This document shows, in pieces, positions 13,401 through 26,410 of a stretch of DNA of 64,000 bases. A program made the position numbers and the translations under genes. The DNA is from Haliotis cracherodii (Eukaryota): positions 46,376,001-46,440,000 of the forward strand of contig NW_027266286.1 in assembly GCF_022045235.1 (NCBI RefSeq), read 5' to 3'. Position 1 is the stretch's first letter; each line of letters opens with the position of its first letter. The notes below the pieces were generated by a model. It searched no databases and was not told the origin of the DNA. It was given only the letters and a program-made list of their open reading frames with translations.

Positions 13401-14677
13401 GACTGGCCATGGAAATATTTTGCGTCGTTGTTCCATTCGCAAGAATTATCGGCAGAAATGTTGAACTGCAAGATGACAATATTAGACCACAACGTGCGCA
13501 GGCCGTCACCTTTTATCTCCGACGAGAAGGCATACGGACATTGGACTGGCCCGCTTAGTCCCCTGATCACGACATGGTTCCGATCTGTGAAAGTTCTCAA
13601 GCGGATAGGGAACTCAATTGGCCCAACTTGGAGTAGCTCTTCAGGAGGAATGACGGGCAATAAATACCAAGAGCAACCATACGCAGGTTAATCAACAGTA
13701 TGCCATCAAGATGTCGTGCATGTATCGCCCAACATAGTGAACACACTATATATTGATCTTCTCGCCCAAAATGTATTTTACAATAATTTTTTAATTTGAA
13801 GTTTACACGATATACGGCTTTTCCATTGGACGAGAGGTCGGTCACATGACCGCGAAATTGACGTTCATAAGTGTATGAACGACACAATTTGACGTTCATA
13901 CGTTTTTCTCGAGACCGTGTTCTTGAAATGACGTAAACACTGACGGACTACTTCCTCATTCCTGGGGAAACCCCTGGGAATTCCCTAGCACGAAACATGC
14001 ATAAGCGTTCTTTCTGATCATTTAGAACCTTTATTCTTGGTCTCAGCCTTTCAGTATACATTGAGAAATGTCAGAGAGCGTGACTGCACGATTGTTCACG
14101 AATATCCTCGCTACGGCCCATCCTAATGAACAAACGAAGAAATGCACATCTAAACTATCGTAGTATCGACTCGATCCGTGCCTAGGCTGACATTGACCGT
14201 CTCCATCAATCTATGAATTTACCTTTGTGTCTGTTTGACGCATCTTTATTCACCTTTCAATGATCGGCCAGTTGATCAATGATGACTAACACATGTAACC
14301 GCCACAGGTTCATTAACAACTTCGGAAATCTCTCCCGTCACGTTTATCGTGTCGGCCATTTTGACGTCTTGTACTTGATGTAAATGTATTACGACGCGCT
14401 GTCATTGTGACTGACTTACTGAGGTAGTTCTTTACAGACCTTTCTCATCTGATGAAGATATGATTTGAACACATCTGCTGCGTAAGATGTTTCTGAAGAG
14501 CAAGTTGTGCATCCATACGCCCATGTCACCTCTCTTTTTGAGGAACTATTTTACTCCGCGATGTAGCTGGTTGTTGTATGGCTGTCAGTGTAAACATGAA
14601 GTCACACGTACTAAATATAATTGTGTTTAGATCTTGGCCTACATCCTTTGAGGTAAGAAATTGTGATAAAAAAATTA

Positions 14678-14847
14678 TAAGAATTGACTTTCACTTTGTG
14701 TGAGTTCATTGGAGTATGAACCTTCATAGAGTGAGGGCCAAACATTGTATGAACGTCGTCGCAAGCTCCGACGTTCATACAGTTTGGCCCTCACTCTATG
14801 AAGGTTCATACTCCAATGAACTCACACAAAGTGAAGGTCAATTCTTA
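14678..14847. repeat. Near-perfect palindrome (~80-bp arms, ~10-nt loop), MITE-like
   Basis: taagaattgactttcactttgtgtgagttcattggagtatgaaccttcatagagtgagggccaaac...gtttggccctcactctatgaaggttcatactccaatgaactcacacaaagtgaaggtcaattctta. Confidence 0.92.
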
Positions 14848-16938
14848 AAACATTCATGGTCATTACACCTTTACTATGATTTCATCAGTTCTCCTGTTTT
14901 GTCGGTAGTATATTCATTGGAGGAACCAATACATTGCAAACAACAAAGGAAATGAGTATTATGAAGTCATGTTAAAGTAGATGTTTAATACATTCTTTGT
15001 TCTTTGAATACAAATTATCTTAGAATCATTCAGAGAATGTCGTTTCTTTGTGTTCATACAGAAAGCGTATCACCATTATGATTATCGGATCAATTCATGC
15101 GTTTTTCCTGAACACATGGCTACAACACTAGCGTTCGCCTTGATTAATTAGCACGTAACAATATTTACAAAGTTCATAAGGCTATTTGTTGGCGTAGGAT
15201 TAAATGGTACTACATTTTTTCGTAGATTATAACAGATAATAACAATGTGTGCCATCAAATGTGATATTATACACAGTACATTTATTATACACAGATTTTA
15301 TTCATCTACAAAATGGTGCGATTTATAATATCACTCAACTAACAAAAATTGTGCCACAATTTTATATGCAAGAAACATGACCTTATCATGACATTGCATT
15401 ATCAACTGCTTTGCAATGATTTATGGCAAAATGCCATTCGCGCGTTGCAAGTATAATTCAGTTTAACTACGGTAATACAAATAATATAATAACAGTAACC
15501 GCATTAGACATTTTCCTGTTGAGATATCGTGTTTCATTTTACACCAGGTATATTATACAGCAGCATGCATATTTGAAAAGTCAGTGTCTCTATTTTCCTT
15601 ATACATGTATATGTAGATGACAACTACAATATCGCTGTCCGCTTTATTGTGACGTGTGCATGGCTGTTCTGGATAGGCCTTCTTAATAAAACAGCACGGT
15701 CATCACAATTATCATTCGCCTTCCTGCTTCACTGATCACGCGTGTTTGATTTGCAAGCATAGGTATGACGAAAATGCTCCATGATTTTATGCAACAGATA
15801 ATTGTCAATAACCTACGTGGTACCTCAGGTATCTATCACTTGGTCTCGAGTACTGCATACATTTTAATGCGGACTACGTATTTGTGTACAAACAAATGAT
15901 ATTTCGCTGGTGTCTCATATGGTAGTCAGAAGCTTCACTCTGAACGCTTCTACCTCCTCTGCTTAGAATTGCATGATGACATATATCGGCACGCACAGTC
16001 GATTGGCGTGTTTACATGCGTTATATAGTCAAGGAAGCAAATACCGACCAGTGTCTGAACGAGGAAAGTGTGGAGATTACATCAGACAATACGGTACCTC
16101 CTTGCCCTTAAACTACAAACACTGTCATTGTGCTTAAAATAATTGTAATGATCAGACGTATATGTAGTGTCGGTATTTATTTCAAGCATTATTTAAAAGG
16201 CCGATTAAAATATACATGTGGAGTTATAGCCAATATTACAAAAAATACAAATTATAGAAACAGCTACTGTGAAATGGCAAACATTTCTATAATACACTTA
16301 TACTTTGTTACCCCAATGAAGTTTGTGGCAACTCCTTGAAAAGCAGTGAAAGGCGCGGCAATGAACTGTAGAGTTGTGTTTCTTACGTCCGCCAACATCC
16401 GCATTTCGCGGGTTTTAATCTAGCACCATACTGTTGTTCCTGGGTTTCAGATCAGGGGTTAATATTTGAGACCTTCGTCCCTTTGCACATGGAGTTAGAA
16501 TATTGTTACAACTGAAGTACTGTTCAAAAAGTAAAAGCGACAAAATCTTTTCCATATTCATAAGAAATACCTGCAGAAAGCAGAGACCATTGTACGATTC
16601 CGACTATATCATCAGCATGTACTTATAAATCACAATCAAATAGTGATGCTACCAGTTTTGGCGAAACCATGCAATCCACACATACAGTATAGTGCTAACA
16701 GCCTAACAGTAATTTATATTTTTAGAAGAAAAAAAAAACTTACATGGGGGTGTGAAATATACATTTCAAGGACTAAAGCCCTACCTTTCTCTCGGGCTTA
16801 CTCCAAGACCAGATACTAATTGCATATGTGCTGGAGCCAAACTGAAACCAGTACATGACACGGATGAGCACAATATAATTATCATAGAGTCATTATCTTG
16901 TTTTTGTTACATTTACAGAATGATTGACTGATGGTAAA

Positions 16939-17122
16939 TCAAAGGTTCTGGTAATCTTGTGTAGCCGCCACCTCATGTGCCGTATCCCCTTGAAACTTGG
17001 AAGTCTGTTCAATAATGGCATAGTTGTTAACATGAGCTCCCGCTGACAGACCGGAGTAGGTCGGGTGTTCAATGGAAGCTGGGGTGTCACCTTGTTTCTT
17101 CACAGTAAGATCGTACCGACGC
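16939..17122 (-). CDS. G2 cytoplasmic exon (ITAM-like + YxN)
   Basis: RRYDLTVKKQGDTPASIEHPTYSGLSAGAHVNNYAIIEQTSKFQGDTAHEVAATQDYQNL*; phase-2 acceptor matches the TM exon. Confidence 0.85.
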
Positions 17123-20100
17123 CTGAAAAGACACATAGTTGGAGACTATAATCTGTAGGATAAGTGAATGGGGACGTCAGATCAGTTTCAGTTGAGGGTA
17201 AAATATCTGATCATCATGGCGAATATCCCTTTGCGATTCCCCACATCTGTAAATAGGTAATAAATCCCAATCGTGGTGTCCTCAGCTGTGATATGGCAGG
17301 AGGGATTTGTCAATAGTAAATCAAACATTTCACAGGTCAGATGGGTGTTATTACTGGGCGTGTTTCACTACATGATCCCGGAAAGGTAGCTTGTGAATGT
17401 GCTTTTGAATATACCTGACTACGAGGACGTACACTGCAAGATCGACCAGAATGACAATAACAACTCCAACAGCCATCCCTCCAAAAAACACACCGGCTGC
17501 AACACGAAATAGACCCTGTGTACTACAGAGAACAAGAACGGGAATACTGTTAATAATTAACATTCAATGAAAAAAACAGTTGAAAACAAAACATTTTGGA
17601 AAGCTTCCACACATTATACGTGATGTTGAATGGATGCATGCAAACGAGAAACAGTTGCATGTTTCAACTTCACAAGTTGAAACAAAACCTGACCAACCAT
17701 TGTGTACAGTATACAACTTTAATTTGCACATACATGTAGCTAATACGTTTCTACACGCCGTTTTGTACGTTGCATCGACGATACATAACTAAATAAGCTA
17801 TCAATTTATAACCGGCAGAAGTTAATCATTTGTTTGATGTTTTAAACTATCACGTATGAAATCCTACAATGAATAATGCTCACTTGCGAATTGTGAAGAG
17901 GTGGAAACAGGAGATCTGTGCTTAGTTGACTCAGTGCTAAGTCCCACTGTTAAAAGATGGACAAACGTGTATGTGCTTTCATGATCCACAGTGAGTATCA
18001 GCGATTGATGCAAAAGACAAAAATATATGTTCTTGTATTTGAATCGTAAATCAGAAACTAGGTAATGCAAATATTTAATAAGCTATTAATTCAATACACA
18101 CAAAACATATGTGACATCGCTTTGATAATGAGTAACGCTATCGATGGTAATAATAACCAAGGTCTGAGTGTAGAATCTCCTGTTCGAGAAAATGTACTTG
18201 TCGAATTTGTGAACAATTCCCATTTGGTGAGGAACCTGACGTGTATACCATATGAGCGGAATATAATCATCAACAATCTTTTTGTGAAATTGGGATGAGA
18301 TCGAAATAGATTTTAGGTCCAGTTTATGAACTATTTTAAAACTTCCCTGGAGCAAGAACTTCAACAGAGTTGAACGTTTCATGTGAAAATATCAACTTAG
18401 GGTATATACTTATTCTGTACTTTCAGATACAATGTACTCAGTGACAAGTTATTGAACGAAAAGCATGTTTTATGTATAATTTGAAAATATATCAACTTTA
18501 AAAGAAATGTGTTGCAACCGTTTAAACAGGTACTGTACAACATTTGTTTTAAGAAATAACGTAACTTTTATTTGCAGTGTGAACAAACGCGATGCAAACC
18601 TATGCTCACAATTGATGATGTTTATTTTTAACCGAAGTTGAACAAAATATGATGTACGTGTCTCTCCTACTTACTTACTTACTTACTTACCAGAATCCAA
18701 AGTAGGGTTGATGACGGTAACACCGAAGACGTTCAGAGACATATTTAGTTAACAGATAGGAACAAGCATAACTATGTTTATCATTTTAGAGACCTTTTGC
18801 TGCAGAATAGGTATCGATAAAAGACATCGAACTGGTTGCTCTATATTATATTGTGCTAAATAGTGTGTACATGTCTCTTGGCGTTGTTGGTGCCGTGGTC
18901 CTGCATTAAAAGATAATGTGATCATTGATAATAATACATTTTCTATTCATGAAATCAACATTTATTAGATATTAGGTCTTTAATAACCTTATAAGAAAGA
19001 CATCTCACAATAGTGAGACACGGTATAGGTGTCGGTATCAGTAACGCGACTCTTATTATTTAAAGATGCATCTTGCTTGATCTGCATTCAATATGTGTCT
19101 CCTACAAGTGTGCAATTACATGTTAATTACTAAGTCTTAGGAATAACAAAGCTGACATGCAATATGTTTACCTTTCGAGAAAGTTTCTGAAATTAGAACC
19201 GTTATTGTTTTTGAGTGTGTAATCATAAAAAATACTGGACTGTACATATACTGCATCCGATGTGACTGATAAGGGTACAATTTGTCTGGGCTATACTTAT
19301 CTTGGTTTAAAGTAATTAAAAGAAGTATGCATACATTTTGTGAGTGCGTATGGTTTTACGTCACTTTCAGCAATAGTCCAACAATACCACGGAAGGTAAC
19401 ACCAAAAATGATTTTCACACATTGTACTCTCGTGGTATATATTTGTGATCATATCGAAAACTTCACTAAATATTTCAAATGAAGCCACTGATTGTCTTTA
19501 CACCCCAACGTTTAGCCAGCTGATATACAGGTGTTGTTGCGGAAAGATGCCCGTTTGATTACAGACACATGTTGGATATTTAGATAAAAAATAGTGCACA
19601 TGGCAATATCAAATTACAGTTTATGCAGCATGTACTTGCAATAAAGTGAAAATCTGGACATGATGCCTACCTGTGCTTGTCACTGTTTCAGTTTCGCACT
19701 TCACATTGAAAGGGTCTGATGCTGCAACACACACAGTAACAAATGAGTATGTAATTTTCAGAAATTGAGATTTTTGGAAGATCAATTTTAATTATACACA
19801 ATCAAACATTGGAAATAGATTATGATCATAATGATTCCTATACAAGGACACATGCTGTTGCTGGGGGTACAGTACGAAAACATCAATATATAATTACACT
19901 ACTCATTCTCACCATTGATCAGAAGCCACACTAATGCTGATGACAGGCTTGGAATATCTGAGAAGTGTAGAGATATCGGGAGCTCCGCTGTTACGTTGAG
20001 TCTCTCAAACGGTATGAACTGAGTTGAACAATTATTTGTTGTGATGACATTCCCAGGTAGGACTGACAACCATGATAAGCATTCCTCTGGAGTTCCTCGT

Positions 20101-23100
20101 CCTAACATCGCGTCAAGAGCATACATTGATATGCTTGTAGCGGTGACATTAGACTTGAAAGTGCACAAATAATTGTTGGTTTGTGGTGTAGAACATGGTA
20201 TTCTTTGATCTCCATGGGTGAGTGAGACTTGAGACAAGCCTACTGCAACACCTCCACTGAGGTACAATGAATCAATTTCTGAAACATGCATACATTCAAT
20301 TAATAGACACTTTAAGATAAACCTTTGTCTCTTGAAGGTACCATATCCTAGCCGTCGTTATATATGTATTGGTTTGTCTTCAGGAATTATATATTCTCTG
20401 TTCTCGATGGATGAGTGAGACTTGAGACATATCCTGTGCAACTCCTCCACAGATGTACACTGAATCATGTCTGCAACATTTCATGTGTATACATGCCGTT
20501 GGTGCCATCATGTTTGACATGACATCATCTTTACTGTCTTCATTGTCATCTACATGTATTGGTTTCACACCTTCACACATGCACTCATATGGTAAGTCTA
20601 CGTGCGCTTCGAGATTTGTACACAGACATAGAGTTGTAGGTAATCAAACCCTATAATCAGATCATCGGTACGGTCGACCAGCTGAATGGCCATGATTACA
20701 ATAGGTAAATGTAAAAGTTACGATGATTGACGCCATAATGCTCTTTACTCAATTTAAACAAGTACTGAATAAAGACCACAAATTAAATATGAGATCGGTT
20801 AAACAGACGAATGATTCAACACATACTTGCAGAAATTATATATGTAAATGATGTAATAGGTATTCGAGTGACTGTATTGTTGTGTGCCAAGGTGTATTTT
20901 TATCAATTTTGCCAGACATATCACGGCGGGCAACACCTACAATGAGCTTCACAATAACTGCACCCTCGTGGAAGGGGGCGAATCAGGAACTCCTACTTTC
21001 TCTTATAGCTTGAAGCCGTTATAGAATCACAAGTGAACTCTGAAACATAACTGAGCTGATGTTCTCGTTTTTCTGTCATTAGTCTGTTATCGAATACATT
21101 AGTGTGTCACAGCATACACCTTGGTCGGAGGCGGGATACATACACCGATGTTCTGTCGACCAGTTGGGAGTCTGATAGCCATGCTTTGTCCGACTGTCAC
21201 ACCTTTTTCACAGATCAACTAGAACGACCTGCTCCACATGTAGTTATTATACACGGGGAGCTTGGTTGGTTTTAGTGTTAAAATTTATTATGTACTATTT
21301 TACTAAATCCATTTTAGGGAATATTTATTGAATGAAACATCGCGACTGCTCACCTCGTAGAGTGATTTTAGTTTTGGTATTTATGACAGATGTATCTTTG
21401 TTTCGAATAAATGTATGATACTTCAATATTACTTGTGTTATCAGACACCTACTTTCATTGAATCTGAAAAGTAAAGGTCGGGGGGACGAGAACATCATTG
21501 GTTGCCTGTCGCAAACACTTACAAACATTCATTGCACAACACACATTAAATAACATGTGATATTTCATCAACGCTGATGCTCATCCAACTGCACATAGGA
21601 AGCTTTTCCTACTCAAATAGTAGCAACAGTTATCAATTATTCATCTTCTACCAATAAACACTTACTTTCAATGCACTGATATTTCACAACAGAGAATGTA
21701 AGAGCTGCACCTCGTCGCAGGGCAGGATACACACACCGAGTCTCTGTTGAACAGTCGTTGTAGAGGGAGATCAGCTCGGCGTTGTTGGACCTGTGATATC
21801 CACGTTCTGTCACACTGTCCGGGTTCCCAGTGACGCAACTGGAGAGACCTGTTCCACACTCTGTATTGTCAGTATGATATGCGTCATAGATTGCGATCTT
21901 CTGGTTGCTGCTGCAGATGAGTACATGCCAAGTACAGGGAAGGCCAAGAGATCCATAGCATGCTTTACTGGTACGTGTTCTACCTACATAAATGACACGT
22001 CACAACATACAAGTATGAACACATATAGTGAAAGTAAATCAGTGTGAATGTATTATTTCTGATTGTACCGTCTTTCTCTCAATTGTCCATCACTCACTTT
22101 TTCAGGAGTATGCCAACTAATTGATAACCTGAAACTCTATATTGTCAGTGTTGTATACGTCATACCGCCTCAGTCAGCAATATTCCATCTATACGATGGC
22201 TGAATACAAGACACGCAACGAAAACAATACATGCTCTGCTTGCCTGTCCTTTGTAATCCTCATGCAGTGCAATTTTGTCACTTAATTAATGTTAAAACTG
22301 ATGTGTTTCAAGAAACATAAGGCGATATATGACACACCCTGCGTACAAGTATGTGTCTAATGCAAAATTGGACAATTACCTGTTCTTTTAGTGTTTATAG
22401 TGGTAGTGTCGAACATATAAATTTATATCGTGAACATATGTTATGCCAATATATAAAATGACATGATAAAACATCATATATTATACAATTCAGATCAATG
22501 CACAGCATATTATAGCTTCACAGATATCAAAGATAATATACCAAGATTGTGTGAAACGGAGTAGTGCTAAATATTTTGCAGATGTGAAGTTGTGGTGGCC
22601 GATGGTGTCTTTTCATGTAGGTACTTCAAAAGTACATTTCTGTATACATAACTATATCCTGTGCGTTATCAGAGTACATATACATATGAACCTGTCCGAT
22701 CTTCATGTGAAATTTGGTTTGAATCACAATAAAAATCATAACTTGAGAACAACTTTTTAGCATCATTGATAAACTCCGATTTGGACATTTTCACATGTTC
22801 GACTTTTACGCTGTTAGGAGGTATCCTTAACATCATTAGTCTCTGGATCATGAACATGTGTCTGTTATCGCATCTGTACATGGCCGACCTTCACTTTAAA
22901 TTTGGTTTGTACGACTAAAAAATATTGTGACTTTAGACAAAAGTTTAGCATCACTTAAATACATCAGCAATTTCAACCTGACGGTGGACTCTTAATAACC
23001 GAGTCTGGACCAGACAATCAAGTGATTTACATCATGTGAGCATTGATCTACGCAAATAGGATTCGATATCATGCATCAACCAAGTCAGCGAGCCTGACCA

Positions 23101-24139
23101 CCCGATATCGTTAGTCGCCTTTTACGACAATCATGGGTTGCTGAAGATCAATTCTAACCTAAAGTCTACACAGACACCCATCGATACAATGGTGTATGAA
23201 ACCGGTAAAGGGAAATCGATGGTGAATATCCTGTAGTAGGAATAAACATTGTATTCAGTGAACCTTCCTTTTTTAAGGAATCCATAATGAACATAATAGT
23301 ATAGTTAATAGGTAAGCTTTAACTGGTAGTCCGTTCATAATACAAACAGCAACTGTCTGTGTTTCCTAAACAGTGAGTGAGTGAGTTGGGTTTAACGCCG
23401 CTTTTAACATTATTCCAGTTATATCAAGGCGTTTTTCCTAAACATGCATGTAAGAAACATTAAAGTGCTGCTGAAACTAGAAAATTAGAAGCTTCAAACT
23501 GAATTTAGAACTACAATATACAAATAGCTAACTAATTCACCCACTTGTTACACTATATGTAGCTTTATGCGCTAGTCAGTGAAACAATAATACAGTCATG
23601 TAAATTTGTTTGATTTTCCACAAAGCGGTATCATGTGTACCGTTACTAACTGCAGCCTCCAGGAGTCAGGAGCTTACAGTTGCTGAGGACGATTGAAGAC
23701 GAGATAGAAGAGAAAAAGGTGCATATTAATGTTAACCTTATGATAGGGGCATGTGTTATGTTGTTTTATTTGAAGGTAAACAAGATTTCGTGTCCATCAT
23801 ATTCCAACATCATGGATCTGCACAGCCCAACTGAAACATAAATGTCCTACATTCTTACCAACAATATTATTGGTTAATGTTGGAAATATGAATGATACCA
23901 TTTGAAAGTTATAAAACTCAAAACATGATTTAGTTGACAATTTTGGTTGATTTTTATACAATCTAGCCCCAACCAAGCATGATAATATTGCATATACGCG
24001 GATTTGTAATGAACGCGCATGAGGATTATATTTACTGAAGGATTAGGGTTCATTTGAATAAGTCCTTACCTGTATAAACTGATTGCAGGGTGTAGAGTAA
24101 AATGGCTATACCATTCGTTAAGCACACAGTCTTAGTCAT
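16939..24139 (-). CDS. G2: SUEL-like + CUB-like single-pass receptor with short ITAM-bearing tail (~377 aa)
   Basis: Exons 24139-24070 (MTKTVCLTNGIAILLYTLQSVYTG), 21983-21666 (SUEL-like), 20278-19913 (CUB-like), 19721-19671 (ASDPFNVKCETETVTST), 17946-17884 (S/T stalk), 17496-17415 (TM GVFFGGMAVGVVIVILVDLAVYVLVVR) and 17122-16939 (tail ...PTYSGLSAGAHVNNYAII...DYQNL*). All are GT-AG with compatible phases and total 1134 nt, open. Extra stalk mini-exons are possible. Confidence 0.85.
19913..20278 (-). CDS. G2 second ectodomain exon (CUB-like beta-sandwich, inferred)
   Basis: ORF 19899-20291 trimmed to the cag/gtgaga splice sites; 366 nt; paralogous to 50026-50388 and 61564-61926. Confidence 0.8.
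20385..20470 (-). pseudogene. 5' remnant of an older CUB-like exon (G2)
   Basis: tgcag|HDSVYICGGVAQDMSQVSLIHREQRIYNS*, one nt out of phase, upstream of the intact exon. Confidence 0.8.
21666..21983 (-). CDS. G2 SUEL-like lectin-fold exon
   Basis: GRTRTSKACYGSLGLPCTWHVLICSSNQKIAIYDAYHTDNTECGTGLSSC...LYNDCSTETRCVYPALRRGAALTFSVVKYQCIE; 318 nt, 8 Cys. Confidence 0.85.
23373..23433 (-). mobile_element. 5'-truncated SINE (3' end only) with TSD
   Basis: SINE tail flanked by tttcctaaaca at 23362-23372 and 23434-23444. Confidence 0.7.
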
Positions 24140-25773
24140 ACTGATGTGTAGCCTGCAAAGAAGTCAAAGATGTGCTTTGATCTTTGGTAATCATTCCATA
24201 CGCAGTTAAGGTTATTCTTAGCCAATCGATATAATTTCATAGCTCAAAACTTTACAGTAGATAATGTTTGACTACTCTCATTAGATAACATATTTATCTA
24301 AACAAGTGACGAGAGGGTAAAATGCTTGCCTTCCGATATGTCAGGAAAGAGATATAATTGTATGATAAATTACGACATCTAAGTGCAATACACTTTCAAT
24401 GCCTCTCATGTGTGACAGTTATCATTACTGCTGTAAAAGCAATGGAGTATATACAGCACAATACTTTGTCGATTGTCGGAGCTTCCTTGTATTATTTTCA
24501 ATCGTAACCTACTCGAAACACTTGAAAGAAATAATGCATTATGCCGCCTCAGTATCTTCGCCAACACCAACTGTTGAGTTTAATTTTATCATGACTGAAT
24601 GGAGATAAACACTCTTTTCAGTGTAGATCTAGGTTACCTGTAGACACGTATCTGGGCTATATATAATAGTTGAAACTTCACGCTGTGCTTTCAGTTCTAA
24701 ATTCAATGTAGCAACATCAAATCTAAAGGTAACAAAGCTCGATATTGAAAACACTGTACAGTTTATCTCCGGAGTACTGGCTATTGAATGTCATTAAATT
24801 CTAGTTGGTAACGTGGAAATCGGTAAATGTACAGCGATAGCGGTCGATCAAAATCTTACCTCCATCCGTATAATAGACATACACACACCTACCTTTTCCA
24901 CACAGCACTATGTGTCACACATAAAACGTCGAGGTAGGCAGAAAGTGTATTACTTAGTATCAAATACTGATGTATTTATGCATGCAGTAGGGCTCTTCGA
25001 CCTACATATATTGGACATAAGCAGATTTGACAGGAAGGATTAAACTTCGTGACTCATTCAGGATAACAATAGCTCGCGCAGGTGCACGGTGAGTTAAGTC
25101 GGCATAAGGAAGTTTCACAACCATCTCTTTGTAGGTCTAGATAGCTGAATGACAAATGAATGGGGGTTTGTAAATAATAGTGTGCGTATTTATAATGAGC
25201 CAAATCCACACCCTAATGAATGCGCAAAGCGTTACATTATTACCACGTTTAATGCATCATTGAGCACTCTAACTTCATTCTCAGCTCCCTGGGGAGTATG
25301 CAACCCAAATTGAATTCATGCATTAGAAGTTTACCAGTCACATTATCTATGTGCTCTATGTGGTTCAATGTAGGGCACGACGTAAACCCTAGAAACACTC
25401 AGGTGTCAAGCTGCTGAACGCGATCACCCATCCCACTACTCTCCGCGGTCGAAATTGGTTAACATCACCTGATTTGTGACCTGTAATTCATGATATGTTT
25501 CAAAGTAAACTGATCCAACAAAAAATATTGAACATACTAAAATATGTTATCTACCATATAATATCATGTGAACAACGTCGGTGGTTAACAACTGTTGTAT
25601 GTAAAACGTAAAATGTACCCTTGCAGTTCTAGATAGCTAGATAATTGGTAGTATCTGTGAAAAAAGAAATCTGGACACTCCAATGCAATCTTTATCGAAA
25701 GAGGGATTAATTACTCAATGTTTTTAAGTTCCTTTCGATTTTACTATGAAGGATGTGGAACATCTAGTGCCAC

Positions 25774-26410
25774 CTATTTTTGAATTTTGACATGTTTGAA
25801 TGTTTCTAGGGCTTTCCCTTCAAGGTGGTTCATAAATATCTCGGTGATCAAGGGTGATAGTGGGGATCCCATGGTGAGGCAATGGGTTTGTTGATAGATA
25901 TTATCTCTCCAGGTAAAGTATGTTGAGCTGATACAGGAGTGTATTAGCCGGATGGTGCAGTCAGTTGTTGGTCTGGTATCTAGGGTAGATTTCATCGATG
26001 CGGGTTCAGATGACATGAGTAGCCTCATCCGGGGGTATATTTGTGAACAGGTCGACAGCGTCATAGCCGATTAAGGTGACTGGTTGGGGAATGTCGTGGA
26101 TCTTCTTGCAGAATTCAGACGAATCTACCGCAAAGGGCTTGGCAGTCTTCCCAAAAGGTGAGAGGGGGAGGGCGAGGTACTGGGCAGTATCATAGTCGAC
26201 AGTGTCTCTGCAGCAGACTAGGAGACGGGCTTTGACGCTTTTTGTGAATTGTTATGTTTGCCCAGGCATAAGATGGCTTGGGGTGAGGAACTTTCTATGG
26301 AGGGTGGGGCCGATTTCATTGTTGTCCCGAAGTTGGTTGAAAAGGGTGATGCGTTCTTTCTGTAGGCTGTTTGTAGGGTCTCTCTTGAGCTGCTTGTAGG
26401 TGGATTAATC
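25774..26410 (-). mobile_element. Penelope-like RT fragment
   Basis: YFTWRDNIYQQTHCLTMGSPLSPLITEIFMNHLEGKAL motif; frameshifted upstream. Confidence 0.75.

Noticed and set aside
18180-18750. Additional G2 stalk exons (~18180-18234 and ~18691-18740)
   Set aside because: Each lacks one usable splice site or has an incompatible phase; left out of the model.
21540-21590. Very decayed SUEL 3' remnant in G2
   Set aside because: Only ~15 nt of similarity (tgatatttca..caac). If real, the G3 patch would predate or be shared with G2, but it is too weak to call.
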